Source of the DNA: Halarcobacter sp.
GTDB lineage: Bacteria; Campylobacterota; Campylobacteria; Campylobacterales; Arcobacteraceae
Length of the DNA stretch: 64,000 bases
Assembly (NCBI GenBank): GCA_963676565.1
Contig: OY781089.1
Location: forward strand, 2,400,001 to 2,464,000
Direction of reading: 5' to 3'
Shown: piece by piece, positions 19,597-33,470 of the stretch
Layout of the letters: the number at the start of each line of letters is the position of its first letter
Position numbering within the stretch: position 1 is the stretch's first letter
The notes under the pieces: model-generated
What the model was told of the DNA's origin: nothing
The model's database searches: none
The model's input: only the letters and a program-made list of their open reading frames with translations
Made by a program: the position numbers and the translations under genes

Positions 19597-19936
19597 TATT
19601 TAGGTACATCTATAAGCTGAGTTATGTAGTTGATAATAATTTATCTAGTTGTTAAATCACTTTAACAATCATGCGAGAAACAATATTTGTGAAGCTTATT
19701 ACCACGCTTCTCTTGCTGCTGGTTGGGTTTACATAGCTCTATGAATTGCTTCAAAGACTGGTGGGCTCTTACCCCACCGTTTCACCCTTACCCAAATGGG
19801 CGGTATACTTTCTGTTGCACTGTCCCTTAGGTTACCCTAGCCATCCGTTAGATGGAACCATGCTTCACTGCAGCCCAGACTTTCCTCTTGAAAAATTTCA
19901 ATTATTTTTCAAGCTATTATCCAATGTACCTAAATA
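19597..19936 (-). ncRNA. rnpB: RNase P RNA (bacterial type A)
   Basis: Minus strand has GAGGAAAGUCUGGGC, AGUGCAACAGAAAGUAUACCGCC, GGUAAGGGUGAAACGGUGGGGUAAGAGCCCACC and 3' UAGAUAAAU...ACAUAACUCAGCUUAU; the 13-bp terminal stem TATTTAGGTACAT/ATGTACCTAAATA forms P1. Confidence 0.96.
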
Positions 19937-19963
19937 AGGTTGGAATTCTATCTAAAAAGCTCT

Positions 19964-20491
19964 TTATTTTTCTATAATATCATAATAGTCAGGGGGTAAA
20001 AATTGAAATACGCTATCATTTATTTCTATATTTTGTTTGTTATTTAGAAACTTTATCTCTATAGAATTTGCAAGTTCATCTTTGTAAGAAAGTGATGAGA
20101 TTTTGTCATCTTTAATTTTTATAAGATATTCTACATCATATAAATTAGATTCGAAAAGGTTTTCTTCAATCTTTTTTGCCTCTTTTAAAAGTTTTATCAT
20201 ATCAATACTTTTTTCTAATTTTGTATAAATTGCTTGTTCCAATTCAGGTTCATCAACTATTACTAAATCATCTATTAAAAATACATTTTTTACAACTGGC
20301 TCAAAGTATTTCCATAAAACTTTTCCATTATTTTTAATAAAAACTTTTCCTTTGTACTCAATTGTTTTCCCAGACTCATTTGTTACTGTTTGCAAAAAAT
20401 CTGCTTCAAAACTTCTAATATTTTCTTTATCAAAAGAAGCAAATGCTAAAGAAATAAACAACCCCATTACCAAAAAGATTCTATAAACCAT
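19964..20491 (-). CDS. lolA: Outer-membrane lipoprotein chaperone LolA
   Basis: SFEADFLQTV, VLWKY..P, DEPELEQA; divergent from secA as in Campylobacterota. Confidence 0.85.
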   Translation of the reverse strand: MVYRIFLVMGLFISLAFASFDKENIRSFEADFLQTVTNESGKTIEYKGKVFIKNNGKVLWKYFEPVVKNVFLIDDLVIVDEPELEQAIYTKLEKSIDMIKLLKEAKKIEENLFESNLYDVEYLIKIKDDKISSLSYKDELANSIEIKFLNNKQNIEINDSVFQFLPPDYYDIIEK

Positions 20492-20587
20492 TTTTTAACC
20501 TTATTTTATATATAATCTTGCGATTATAACTAATACCAAATTAAAGTAGATAGATTGTGAAGAGTTTGGTAAAAAGGAACATTTTTT

Positions 20588-23206
20588 ATGGTTAATATTT
20601 TTTCAAGTATATTTGGGACATCAAATGATAGAGAAGTAAAAAAATACAAAAAAAGAGCAAATGCTATTACAGCACTTGAGAGTAAATATGAGAATTTAAG
20701 TGATGAAGAGCTTAAGGGTGCTTTTAATGAATTAAAAGAACAAGTTAAAAGTGAAGAAAAAACTTTAGATGAAGTATTAAACGATTCATTTGCTATTACA
20801 AGAGAAGCTTCTAAAAGAGTTTTAGGAATGAGACACTATGATGTACAGCTAATTGGTGGTATGGTTTTACATGAAGGTAGAATTGCAGAAATGAAAACAG
20901 GTGAAGGTAAAACTTTAGTTGCTACACTTCCTGTTGCACTAAATGCAATGACAGGAAGAGGCGTTCATGTTGTTACTGTAAATGACTACCTAGCTTCAAG
21001 GGATGCTGTAGAGTTAGAGCCTCTTTATAACTTTTTAGGGTATACAGTTGGTGCTATTGTTGGAAGCATTAGAGATGATGAGCAAAGAAAAGAGCAATAT
21101 AGTTCAGATATCACTTATGGTACAAACAACGAATTTGGTTTTGATTATCTAAGAGATAATATGAACTATGATTTAGAAGAGAAAGTTCAAAGAGATCATT
21201 ACTTTGTAATTGTCGATGAAGTTGACTCAATTTTAATCGATGAAGCAAGAACTCCACTAATTATCTCTGGTCCTACAAACCATAAAAGTGCAGACTATGC
21301 AAAATCAAATGAGATTGCACTTAAACTTGAAAAAGGTGAATTGATTGAACCTAAGTCTGCTGATGAAAAGCCATATTCTACAGGAGATTTTACAGTTGAT
21401 GAAAAAAATAAAGCTATTTTAATCACTGAAAAAGGTATAGAAAAAGCTGAAAAGCTTTATGGTGTTGATAACTTATATTCACTTGAAAATGCAATTTTAT
21501 CTCATCACTTAGACCAAGCACTAAAAGCACATTATGTATTTGTTAAAGATGTTGATTATGTTGTAAAAGAAAATGAAGTTATCATTGTAGATGAATTTAC
21601 AGGAAGATTAAGTGAAGGAAGAAGATTCTCTGAGGGATTACACCAAGCACTAGAAGCAAAAGAAGGTGTTGTTATTCAAGATGAATCACAAACACTTGCA
21701 GATATTACTTTCCAAAATTACTTTAGAATGTATGATAAATTAGCTGGTATGACGGGTACAGCACAAACAGAAGCAACAGAGTTTGCTGAAATTTATAATC
21801 TTGATGTTGTATCAATACCAACAAATGTTCCTGTTCAAAGAATTGATAAAAATGATTTAATCTACAAAAGTGAAAGAGAAAAGTTTGAAGCTGTAAGTAA
21901 AAAGATTAAAGAATACCATGAAAAAGGACAGCCTGTTCTTGTTGGTACTGCTTCAATTGAAAAATCTGAACATCTTCATAATCTTTTAACAAAACAAAAA
22001 ATTCCCCATACAGTATTAAATGCTAAGCAACATGAAAAAGAGGGAAAAATTATTGAAGATGCAGGTCAAAAAGGTGCTGTAACAATTGCTACAAATATGG
22101 CTGGTCGTGGTGTTGATATTAAACTTCCAAAAGAGTGTTTAGAACTTGGTGGTTTAGCAATTATAGGTACAGAAAGACATGAATCAAGAAGAATTGATAA
22201 TCAATTAAGAGGTAGAGCTGGACGTCAAGGTGATGTTGGTGAATCTCAATTTTATTTATCTTTAGAAGATAACCTATTAAGAATCTTTGGAAGTGATAAA
22301 ATCAAAGGTATCATGGAAAGAATTGGTATTGAAGAGGGTGAGCATATTGAATCTAAGATGGTAACAAGAGCCGTTGAAAATGCTCAGAAAAAAGTTGAGA
22401 CAATGCATTTTGAAGCAAGAAAACATATCTTAGAGTATGATGACGTTGCAAATAAGCAAAGAAAAGTTATATATGCATTTAGAAATGACCTTTTAAACCC
22501 AGATTACGATATTACTTCTAAACTTGAAGAGAATAGACTTGAATATGTTCAAGATTTATTAGCAAATGCCGAGATTATAGAAGGTATGCCTTCAGAAGAC
22601 TTTAACTATGAATTTGTAATTGCTAAACTAAAAGAGGAATTAAACCTAGTAGTAGAGCAAGAGCATATAGAATCAAAAGATTACTTAGAACTAGAGCAAA
22701 AACTTTTAAATATTATCACTGAAGTTTATAACCAAAAAATGAGTATAGCGGCACCTGAACAAAGACATGAGATTGAAAGAATTCTTTATTTACAAATCCT
22801 TGATAAAGCTTGGAGAGAACATTTATACTCAATGGATACATTAAAAACAGGTATTGGGCTTAGAGGATATAACCAAAAAGATCCACTTGTTGAATATAAA
22901 AAAGAATCATATAATATGTTTATTGAGTTAATTGGAAGTATTAAACATGAAGTAATCAAAGTATTATTTACAGTTCAATTACAAAGTAATGAAGATGCAC
23001 AAAAAGAGCAACAAGCATTAGAAAAAATGAAAGAGCAAATGGAAGAATCTATTGAAGATATTGTAACTAATATTGACCAAGAAGCATTAACTTCAAGCGA
23101 AAAGAAAATTGCTAGAAACGAACCTTGCCCATGTGGATCTGGAAAAAAATATAAACAATGTTGTGGTAAAAGTGGACCTAAAAGAGGTTTAGTAGCAGGA
23201 AACTAA
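20588..23206 (+). CDS. secA: Preprotein translocase ATPase SecA
   Basis: [39 protein letters not shown]-terminal [17 protein letters not shown]. Confidence 0.99.
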   Translation: MVNIFSSIFGTSNDREVKKYKKRANAITALESKYENLSDEELKGAFNELKEQVKSEEKTLDEVLNDSFAITREASKRVLGMRHYDVQLIGGMVLHEGRIAEMKTGEGKTLVATLPVALNAMTGRGVHVVTVNDYLASRDAVELEPLYNFLGYTVGAIVGSIRDDEQRKEQYSSDITYGTNNEFGFDYLRDNMNYDLEEKVQRDHYFVIVDEVDSILIDEARTPLIISGPTNHKSADYAKSNEIALKLEKGELIEPKSADEKPYSTGDFTVDEKNKAILITEKGIEKAEKLYGVDNLYSLENAILSHHLDQALKAHYVFVKDVDYVVKENEVIIVDEFTGRLSEGRRFSEGLHQALEAKEGVVIQDESQTLADITFQNYFRMYDKLAGMTGTAQTEATEFAEIYNLDVVSIPTNVPVQRIDKNDLIYKSEREKFEAVSKKIKEYHEKGQPVLVGTASIEKSEHLHNLLTKQKIPHTVLNAKQHEKEGKIIEDAGQKGAVTIATNMAGRGVDIKLPKECLELGGLAIIGTERHESRRIDNQLRGRAGRQGDVGESQFYLSLEDNLLRIFGSDKIKGIMERIGIEEGEHIESKMVTRAVENAQKKVETMHFEARKHILEYDDVANKQRKVIYAFRNDLLNPDYDITSKLEENRLEYVQDLLANAEIIEGMPSEDFNYEFVIAKLKEELNLVVEQEHIESKDYLELEQKLLNIITEVYNQKMSIAAPEQRHEIERILYLQILDKAWREHLYSMDTLKTGIGLRGYNQKDPLVEYKKESYNMFIELIGSIKHEVIKVLFTVQLQSNEDAQKEQQALEKMKEQMEESIEDIVTNIDQEALTSSEKKIARNEPCPCGSGKKYKQCCGKSGPKRGLVAGN

Positions 23207-23207
23207 T

Positions 23208-24413
23208 TTGAATAGAAAATTAGTAAACTTTATTGTCAAAAAATATCTAAAATTTGACAAAAAAAATCCATTTATTTCAATAAGTGCCATCTTGGCATTT
23301 ATTGGAGTTGCCATTGGTGTGATGGTCTTAATGATTTCTATGGCTATTATGAATGGTACAGCAAAAGAGTTTGAAAGTAAACTTTTTACAATGAACTACC
23401 CTTTATCAATTTATCCTAAATTTTCTAATAGTGTTAATAAAGAATTATTACAAAACTTAGAAAAAGAATATCCTAATCTAAAATTTTCACCATACTTAAG
23501 CTCACAAGTTATTATTCAAAATGGTGACAATATGAATGGTGGTATGATTTTTGGAGTTGATTCAGAAAAAGAATCTCAAATTAACTCTATTTATGAAAAA
23601 GCAGCAAAGGGTTTAAAGCTATCAAAATATGACATAATTGTTGGTGATGGGATTAGAGAAAATCTATATTTAACTACTGGTGAAAAGGCAACCTTATATT
23701 TTACTTCATTGAACCCAACGGGTCTTTCTATGATGCCAAAATTAAAAAGATTTACTTATCAAAACTCATTTAAATCTGGACTTCATGCCTACGATAAAGC
23801 TTATATGTATACTACTATTGAAGCCTTACAAACTCTAACAAAAAAAGGTGAAGGAAACTTTGATGGTATTCATGTATATAGTGATAATGCCATGAAAGAC
23901 ATTGTTCCTTTAAAAGAGTTTTTAAGAGACTATGGAGCTGGAGTTATTGGATGGTGGCAACAAAATGGGAACTTCTTTGCTGCAATGCAAATGGAAAAAA
24001 AGGCTTTATTTATTGTCTTAATGCTAATTATACTTGTGGCATCACTAAATATCATCTCTTCACTTCTAATGACAGTTATGAGTAGAAGAAAAGAGATTGC
24101 CCTACTTTTATCTATGGGAGCTTCATATAAAGAGATTAAACAAATATTTTTAAAACTTGGAACTATAATTGGTTTCTCTGGAATTGTTATTGGAGTATTA
24201 TTAGGATTTAGTGGGATGTGGCTACTTGATACTTTTGAGATTATTTCACTTCCTGCAGATGTTTACGGAACTTCAAAATTACCATTAGACTTATCATTAA
24301 TTGACTTTATCTCAATCATTATTGGAGCTTCTATAATTGTTCTTTTATCTTCATATTATCCAGCAAAAAAAGCAACAAAAATTGATGTAATTGATGTATT
24401 AAGAAATGAGTAG
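23208..24413 (+). CDS. Lipoprotein-releasing ABC permease (LolC/E family)
   Basis: FtsX-type topology; EKKALFIVLMLIILVASLNIISSL, RRKEIALL, YPAKKA; TTG start. Confidence 0.9.
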   Translation: MNRKLVNFIVKKYLKFDKKNPFISISAILAFIGVAIGVMVLMISMAIMNGTAKEFESKLFTMNYPLSIYPKFSNSVNKELLQNLEKEYPNLKFSPYLSSQVIIQNGDNMNGGMIFGVDSEKESQINSIYEKAAKGLKLSKYDIIVGDGIRENLYLTTGEKATLYFTSLNPTGLSMMPKLKRFTYQNSFKSGLHAYDKAYMYTTIEALQTLTKKGEGNFDGIHVYSDNAMKDIVPLKEFLRDYGAGVIGWWQQNGNFFAAMQMEKKALFIVLMLIILVASLNIISSLLMTVMSRRKEIALLLSMGASYKEIKQIFLKLGTIIGFSGIVIGVLLGFSGMWLLDTFEIISLPADVYGTSKLPLDLSLIDFISIIIGASIIVLLSSYYPAKKATKIDVIDVLRNE

Positions 24414-24432
24414 AAAAGGTATAATTTTTCTA

Positions 24433-27378
24433 CTATTTCTTTTCATCAGGACTAACACTATCACCAATTGATTTCAATAATTTAATTGGTGAAGTTATAA
24501 CTCTTTTAAGAAAGTTTACTGGTGCTGTAACACCCTCTTCTAATAGTTTTGTTTTATATTTTGGTTCTTCTAAAGTTCCAAAAATTTCAACTTCTGTATC
24601 AACTCTATTTTCATCCCCTAAAAGTACATAATTTAATACAGGGATTGAACCAACAATTTTTGAATAATCTTTTAAGAATACTAAATGAAGTTTTGAATCA
24701 ATCTTAGAATTATCAAAATTAATAGTAGCATTTCCATCAAAATCAATACCATTACCTTTTGTAGTAATTTTTTCCATATTTAAAAACTTAGAAGCAAAAT
24801 CATAAGTAAAGTCTACTCTTCCTTCAATTACCCTATAACCATTAAGATTAAAACCATCATTTGTTGCCATTCCAACAACAGAAGGTATTGCTAAAAAAGG
24901 ATTTATGATACCAGGAGATGTATTTATCAGAATTAGAAGATTGTTTAAAATTGCTAAATCAAGAATTCTATTTTTTTCTAAAAATGCTGTTCCATATATT
25001 TTCCCATCTTTTCCTGATGCATTTATATTTACAATTCCACCTTTTACTAAGTTTTTTCCTAAAATTGAATTTAAAAACTCATCATTCATATTTTTGGCAT
25101 CAATATTTAAAACACCTTCAAAATCTTTATGATAAACAAATGTAGTATCTTTATATTTTAAATCGATATCCGTTTTATAATTTTCAAATATAAAATTGTA
25201 TGTATCTGCCATTGCTACATATTTTTCATTTATTATAATATTTGAATTTTTCCCATTAATATAATATGAGGTTTTAGAAGACTCATCAGATTCTTGATTT
25301 GTATTATAAATAACATCAAAATCTTCTAAATCCATTGTAATTTTTTCTTTATCAATCTCATATTTTAGTTTTAGTTTTTTATCTTTTGTAATTAAATCAA
25401 CAACTCTATTGTTATAATCACCATTTAACTCTAAACTTCTAACTTGTTTTCCATCTTTTGATATTGGCAAATCTAAATAAAGTGCTTCCCCTTCAAATTT
25501 TACATCTTTGTTTTTAATAAAAATATTTGCCCACGATGTTTTATATTTGTGTCCCTCATCTAAAATTAGAAAAGAGTCTTTAAGCTGTAGATCTATATTT
25601 GGTAAAGATTCACCTTTTGAGTCTTTTTTAGTGTTATTTGATAAATCTAAATCTATATTATTAAGTTTTATAAGTGGATTTTTATCCTTTTCCAAAACTA
25701 TTTGTATATCATTATCATTAGTTTTAACAATAATCAAATCATTTTTAATAGAACCATTAGCACTTAATTTATCTATTTTTTCACCATCTTTACTAAATGG
25801 ATAATCTAAATTTTTTGCATTTATTATAAACTCTACATTGTTTTCGTCAAAAACTTTTACTTTTAAATCACCCTCTTTTATCCCTGCATTATCTAATAAT
25901 TTAGAATAAGGATAAATTTTTCTCAAATCATTTATGTCAATATCTATAGATTTATCATTTATATCAATCTTTGTCTCTAAATCTTTTATATCAATCTTTG
26001 CTGTTTCTTTAAAATCTATATCAAGTTTTGTAGTTATATCTTTTGCATCAATAATAGATTCTTTATCACTTTCAATTTTAAAACTATCTATTTTTGCTTC
26101 ACCCTTAGCAGTTGAAGTATTTGTATCAATAACCAAAGATAAATCACTATCTAGCATCTCTTTGTGCTTAATATGTGAACTTTTAATATCAACAATATTA
26201 TCTTTTAGTTCAACATCTGCTTCAAAAGCTTTAAACTCAAAATCATTTAGTTTTAATAATGCATCTTTTAATTTAAATTCGCCCAAAACCTCCATTTTTC
26301 TAGAAGCTAGATATGGAACTTTTAGATAAACCCTTGATTTCAATTCTCCACTTAACTGTCTTAATGGAAGATTTATTTCATAAGCTTTCAAAATACCTAA
26401 AATATCATTGTTTAACATCGATTCTGACTTTAAATCAACATGTACAACACCCTTTTGTAAACTTGTTAAATCTGTTATATAAACCTTACTACCATAAAGT
26501 TTACTTTCATCGTATGTTGGATTATCTAAATCAAAAGACAAAGTATCATTTTTATAATTAATTGTTAAAAGTTTAGTATCAACAGTTTTTGCTTTTTTAT
26601 TAAATCTAATTTTTGCATCTTTTATATATACTCTTCCTCTTATAGAATCCATAATTGCTTGTTTTTTCTCAATATCAATCTTACCATATAGGTATTCTAG
26701 ATTAATATCTCCCTCAACATTATCATACATCCAACTTTCAGCAACACTATCTAGTCTAAATAACTGTTTTAAAAACTTCATTGATTTAAATGAGTTTTTT
26801 GAATTTACATAAAAATCAAAAATATTATTAGCTACTTGAGTATTTATCTCTCCAAAAACATCTTCATAATAGTAATTACCAAAAAAATTAAATATATTTT
26901 TTGATAAATCTAATTTTGACTTACCAATTAATGTTAAACCACTATGTTTATGGTATATTGAATAAAAATTTAAAAATATCTGTGTAGAATTAATATCTAA
27001 ATTGGCAGAAAGATTTATATCTTTATTATCCAAATAAAGAAGTTTATTATTTAAAGTAACTGTAAACTCATTATCTGCAATTTTTATTCTTTCAACATCA
27101 ATTTTTTTAAAGAAACTTAGTACATTTTTTACATTAGATAAAATATTTAAAATATCTGTCTGTGAGGTTTTATCTTCTTTTGAAGCTAAGAGTTTACTGT
27201 CAATTTTCAACTCATCAATTTCTAAAATGAGTTTTTTATCATATTTTAAATAGAATTGCGACACTGAAAAATTATTAAAAGAGAATGAATCAATTTTTAT
27301 GCCTGAAAATAACGAAACGCCAAGACCTAAAAAAAGAACAAGTAAAACTATTATAATTAGTTTAATAAGCTTTAACAT
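24433..27378 (-). CDS. AsmA-like / YhdP-type bridge protein
   Basis: N-terminal TM anchor, long beta-rich body, C-terminal IPVLNYVLLG...GTLEEP. Confidence 0.75.
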   Translation of the reverse strand: MLKLIKLIIIVLLVLFLGLGVSLFSGIKIDSFSFNNFSVSQFYLKYDKKLILEIDELKIDSKLLASKEDKTSQTDILNILSNVKNVLSFFKKIDVERIKIADNEFTVTLNNKLLYLDNKDINLSANLDINSTQIFLNFYSIYHKHSGLTLIGKSKLDLSKNIFNFFGNYYYEDVFGEINTQVANNIFDFYVNSKNSFKSMKFLKQLFRLDSVAESWMYDNVEGDINLEYLYGKIDIEKKQAIMDSIRGRVYIKDAKIRFNKKAKTVDTKLLTINYKNDTLSFDLDNPTYDESKLYGSKVYITDLTSLQKGVVHVDLKSESMLNNDILGILKAYEINLPLRQLSGELKSRVYLKVPYLASRKMEVLGEFKLKDALLKLNDFEFKAFEADVELKDNIVDIKSSHIKHKEMLDSDLSLVIDTNTSTAKGEAKIDSFKIESDKESIIDAKDITTKLDIDFKETAKIDIKDLETKIDINDKSIDIDINDLRKIYPYSKLLDNAGIKEGDLKVKVFDENNVEFIINAKNLDYPFSKDGEKIDKLSANGSIKNDLIIVKTNDNDIQIVLEKDKNPLIKLNNIDLDLSNNTKKDSKGESLPNIDLQLKDSFLILDEGHKYKTSWANIFIKNKDVKFEGEALYLDLPISKDGKQVRSLELNGDYNNRVVDLITKDKKLKLKYEIDKEKITMDLEDFDVIYNTNQESDESSKTSYYINGKNSNIIINEKYVAMADTYNFIFENYKTDIDLKYKDTTFVYHKDFEGVLNIDAKNMNDEFLNSILGKNLVKGGIVNINASGKDGKIYGTAFLEKNRILDLAILNNLLILINTSPGIINPFLAIPSVVGMATNDGFNLNGYRVIEGRVDFTYDFASKFLNMEKITTKGNGIDFDGNATINFDNSKIDSKLHLVFLKDYSKIVGSIPVLNYVLLGDENRVDTEVEIFGTLEEPKYKTKLLEEGVTAPVNFLKRVITSPIKLLKSIGDSVSPDEKK

Positions 27379-28420
27379 TATCGAGATGTTCCTTATAGCA
27401 ACTATTGCTGTGCTTTTTTATCTTAACATACCAATAAGCTCAACTAAAGTATTGTATATTCCTAAAGGTAGTACTAGTTCTATTATATCTTATTTGAACA
27501 AAAATGGTTATGAAATGAATCAAATTGATAACATAGTTATAAGACAATTTGGTTACCCCCAAAGTGGTTGGATAGACTTAAAATCTCAATATATGAATAA
27601 AGCAGATTTTTTATATAAATTAACAAAATCAAAGGCTGCTTTAAAAAATATAACTTTAATTCCAGGGGAAACTTATTTTATATTCTTAAAGGAAATCGCT
27701 GAAAAATTTAATCTTTCTGAAGAAAGATTAAAAATCATATATGATAAATATGCTTATAAAAAAGATGGAAATATTTTAGCTGAAACATACTCTTTACCAT
27801 ATGGTATGAAAGAGGATCATCTACTATTTTATCTATTCTCAAATACAAATAAACAATATGAAGAGTTTTCACAAAAAGTATTTGGTTATTATGATAAGAA
27901 AAAATGGTATTACTATATAACAATGGCATCAATTATCCAAAAAGAAGCTGCTACAGTTGATGAGATGCCTTTAGTTTCATCAGTAATCTATAATAGGTTA
28001 AAAAAGGGTATGGCTTTACAAATGGATGGAACTTTAAATTATGGAGAATATTCCCATGTAAAAGTAACAGCCCAAAGAATTAAAGAAGATAATAGTTCAT
28101 ATAATACATATAAAAATAAAGGACTTCCTGCAAATCCAATTTGTGCAGTTAGTTTAGATGCAATTAAAGCTGCTCTTTTCCCTGTAAAAAGTAATTATCT
28201 ATATTTTGTAAAAGACAATAAAACTGGATTACATAAATTTGCTTCAACATATAATGAACATGTTAATAATATTAATGCAAATAGAGGTGTTAAAAAAAGT
28301 TACACTAAAGTAAAAGAAAAAGAGACAAAAATCGACCAAGAAGCTAAAAAAATCATGAAAACTGATGTTTCTAAACAAAAACCCTCAACAATTAAAGATT
28401 TATGGAGTAATGTTAAGTAG
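27299..28420 (+). CDS. mltG: Endolytic transglycosylase MltG
   Basis: MASIIQKE, SSVIYNRLKKGMALQMDGT, YNTYKNKGLP..PI, YLYFV; start uncertain. Confidence 0.93.
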   Translation: MPENNETPRPKKRTSKTIIISLISFNIIEMFLIATIAVLFYLNIPISSTKVLYIPKGSTSSIISYLNKNGYEMNQIDNIVIRQFGYPQSGWIDLKSQYMNKADFLYKLTKSKAALKNITLIPGETYFIFLKEIAEKFNLSEERLKIIYDKYAYKKDGNILAETYSLPYGMKEDHLLFYLFSNTNKQYEEFSQKVFGYYDKKKWYYYITMASIIQKEAATVDEMPLVSSVIYNRLKKGMALQMDGTLNYGEYSHVKVTAQRIKEDNSSYNTYKNKGLPANPICAVSLDAIKAALFPVKSNYLYFVKDNKTGLHKFASTYNEHVNNINANRGVKKSYTKVKEKETKIDQEAKKIMKTDVSKQKPSTIKDLWSNVK

Positions 28421-28483
28421 TCATTTGTGAATAATTGAAACAGTCATTTTTTTGTAACTAACCAAATGTTAAAATTCAATTAG

Positions 28484-30733
<2,250 letters not shown>

Positions 30734-30767
30734 AGTAACCAAAAAATTTATCTACATTTGTTAGAAT

Positions 30768-30797
30768 AAAGGCAAGGCTTCGGTCTTGCCTTTTTTT
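30768..30797 (+). terminator. Rho-independent terminator after icd
   Basis: AAAGGCAAGGC-TTCG-GTCTTGCC followed by a T7 tract. Confidence 0.85.
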
Positions 30798-30896
30798 ATA
30801 TAAAATATACAATTAGTTTAATTATATTAAATATTAATTTGATATAATTAAACTAATTTATAAATATGATTGTATTTAATTTAAATAAGGATAATT

Positions 30897-31841
30897 ATGG
30901 ATAATAAAAAAGTTGGAATTATTGGAGTTGGAAATGTAGGTTCTACACTTGCATATACCTTAGCTCATAAAGGTATTTGTTCTAAAATAGTTTTAAAAGA
31001 TATTAGAGAAAATATAGTTCAAGCAATGGCTTTAGATATTTCCCAAAGTGCAAATGCTGCTAAATCACATACTATTGTGACATCTGCCAAATCTGGTGTT
31101 GATTTAAAAGGGTGCGATATCATTGTTATAACTGCTGGACTTCCGAGAAAACCAGGTATGAGTAGAGATGATTTACTACTAACAAATGCAAAAATAATTT
31201 CAAGTGTAATAGAAGATATTAAAATCTATGCCCCAAAGAGTAAATTAATAATTGTTTCTAATCCTCTTGATGCCATGGTTTATACAGCAATTAAAACATC
31301 TGGAATGCCTCGAAACCAAGTAATTGGAATGGCTGGAATTTTAGATAGTGCAAGAATGTCTCACTTTATACTTGAAAAAGTTGGTTATGGTGCTGGACAA
31401 ATTGAGTCTTCTGTTATGGGTGGACATGGAGATGATATGGTTCCACTTCCAAACTATTCAACTGTTGCAGGTGTTGCATTACCTGAGATATTAAGTAAGA
31501 ATGATATAAATGATATTGTAGAAAAAACTAAAAATGGTGGACTTCAAATTGTTAAACTTCTGGAAACTGGTTCAGCATATTATGCGCCTGCTCATGCAAC
31601 TTCATTGATGGTTGAAGCTATATTAGATAATAAAAGAAAAATCTATCCTTGTGCAGTGATGCTAGATGGTGAATATGGTTATGAGAATATAGTTGGTGGA
31701 GTTCCTATTATGTTAGGAAGTAATGGTATAGAAAAAATTATAGAGTTAAATTTAAATGATGAACAAAAAGAATTATTTGAAAAATCGATAAATTCAGTAA
31801 AAGAGCTTGCTAATACACTTGAAGAAAGATTTTTTAATTAA
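30897..31841 (+). CDS. mdh: Malate dehydrogenase (LDH-like)
   Basis: GVGNVG, TAGLPRKPGMSRDDLL, SNPLDAM, GMAGILDSAR, GGHGD. Confidence 0.96.
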   Translation: MDNKKVGIIGVGNVGSTLAYTLAHKGICSKIVLKDIRENIVQAMALDISQSANAAKSHTIVTSAKSGVDLKGCDIIVITAGLPRKPGMSRDDLLLTNAKIISSVIEDIKIYAPKSKLIIVSNPLDAMVYTAIKTSGMPRNQVIGMAGILDSARMSHFILEKVGYGAGQIESSVMGGHGDDMVPLPNYSTVAGVALPEILSKNDINDIVEKTKNGGLQIVKLLETGSAYYAPAHATSLMVEAILDNKRKIYPCAVMLDGEYGYENIVGGVPIMLGSNGIEKIIELNLNDEQKELFEKSINSVKELANTLEERFFN

Positions 31842-31902
31842 TCAATACTAACTACACACTAAAATGGTATTATAAATAAATTTTTCAAATGAAGGATTAA
31901 AA

Positions 31903-32193
31903 ATGACAAAAACATATGAAGTACTAAATGTAAAATGTGGAGGGTGTGCAAATACTTTAATCAATGGATTAAAAGATCAATTTGGTAAAGTAGAAGTTGA
32001 CTTAGAAGTACATCCTAGAAAAATCACATTAGATATTGAAGATAATCAAGAAGAGAGCCTAAAAACTAAACTAAGAAGTTTAGGTTACCCCTTAACTACT
32101 GATGAATTAAGTGGTTTTGATAAAGCAGCAACAACTGCAAAAAGTTTTGTATCTTGTGCAGTTGGTAAATTTAATGTTGCAACTTCAAAATAA
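31903..32193 (+). CDS. Heavy-metal-associated (HMA) domain protein
   Basis: NVKCGGCA motif; C-terminal AKSFVSCAVG. Confidence 0.85.
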   Translation: MTKTYEVLNVKCGGCANTLINGLKDQFGKVEVDLEVHPRKITLDIEDNQEESLKTKLRSLGYPLTTDELSGFDKAATTAKSFVSCAVGKFNVATSK

Positions 32194-32197
32194 TACA

Positions 32198-32228
32198 ATT
32201 AAAAAACGTGAATCACACGTTTTTTAAT
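32198..32228. terminator. Bidirectional terminator
   Basis: ATTAAAAAACGTG-AATCA-CACGTTTTTTAAT between convergent genes. Confidence 0.7.
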
Positions 32229-33290
32229 CTACTGTAAAAGTGGTAATTTATTTAAAAGTTTTTCACAATATTCCCATTGATCAAGAGTCTCTTTCCATTC
32301 ATTTGGAATAGCATCTATTCCAAAATATGCACCTAAAACCATTCCTATCATAATACCCCTTGAAGCATTATCTCCTCCAACCATTGCATTTGCCTGCAAT
32401 GCTTTTTTTAGCCCATCTTCTTTATCTTGATATTTTAATATAAAATACACACTTCCAGGTAATGTTCCTTCAGTGGGACTTGCTTTTCCAACTTTAATTG
32501 GTTCGCTTCTACCAACATCCCATAATCTTGCCATCGAAGTTAATGCCAAGTCATCACTAAATTGTTCTTTTGATAAAGCAGATTCTGGATTTTTTTCCTC
32601 TTCATATTTTGCAATTGCTTGCTTTATCTTATCTTCAAAAAAACCACCCATTTGAACCGAAACTTCTTTAATTGCATCATTTGGTTTCATACCATTTATT
32701 ACTCTATTTGTAACTCTCGCAAAAAACTCTGCTCCACCAAGGGCATGCTTTTCTCTATGGGTAAACATAACTTTTTTAGCTACATCAACTAATATATCCT
32801 CATCATCATAATATGCATGAGCAGCAACATGTCTTATGGCTGTTGCATTTGAGAAACCCCCTAAGTTCTCTATAGGCACTCCTTGTCTCACTTGAGAATA
32901 AGTTTCCCTTGTCATAGTACATATCCATGAACCCCAACCGTTTTCTAGTCTATTCATCCAATGTGGTATAATATTTTGAACTTTGAATTCTCTTGGAGGA
33001 TTTGATATACTTGCTAAGTGTTCTAAAACAAGGATATTATAATCTCCATAATCAGTTGTTCCTCCAGCCTTTTTACCTGGATGATAATTTTGTTCACCCC
33101 AACCTATTCCATGTGTCATTCCACCCATCATTTCTCCTGGGCTCATAAATTTTTCAATAGGCTTTTCTCCATATGCTTTAAATATTTTTTTTGCATCATA
33201 TTCATAATGACTACCTAAACATAAAGCATCTGCAACAATAGAGCTAAAAAATGCTCCTCTGATTGAATCTTCTTTTGATATATTTTTCAT
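32229..33290 (-). CDS. ADP-ribosylglycohydrolase family protein
   Basis: IRGA....VADAL, TTDYGD, NAMVGGDNASRG...G..LGA..G..AIP..W. Confidence 0.85.
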   Translation of the reverse strand: MKNISKEDSIRGAFFSSIVADALCLGSHYEYDAKKIFKAYGEKPIEKFMSPGEMMGGMTHGIGWGEQNYHPGKKAGGTTDYGDYNILVLEHLASISNPPREFKVQNIIPHWMNRLENGWGSWICTMTRETYSQVRQGVPIENLGGFSNATAIRHVAAHAYYDDEDILVDVAKKVMFTHREKHALGGAEFFARVTNRVINGMKPNDAIKEVSVQMGGFFEDKIKQAIAKYEEEKNPESALSKEQFSDDLALTSMARLWDVGRSEPIKVGKASPTEGTLPGSVYFILKYQDKEDGLKKALQANAMVGGDNASRGIMIGMVLGAYFGIDAIPNEWKETLDQWEYCEKLLNKLPLLQ

Positions 33291-33470
33291 GGTTTATTCA
33301 CCTATTTTTATTTTTTTAATTATAACTTGGAAAAATTGATTTAATCTGTCAATTTTTATTAAAACTAATTATTTAGTCTTTTATTATTTACAATAAACAT
33401 TTTATAATTAATTAACATTTCTATAATATATTATATTATAAAATGCTCATTATTTTAAAAGGACAATTTT

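Noticed and set aside
4230..19600. phn region as an integrative element inserted at the rnpB 3' end
   Set aside because: No integrase or transposase, and no duplicated rnpB 3' sequence or other flanking direct repeat was seen by eye; it can only be called an accessory region.
19746..19937. 63-aa plus-strand ORF
   Set aside because: It is antisense to the RNase P RNA gene and is explained by the RNA sequence.
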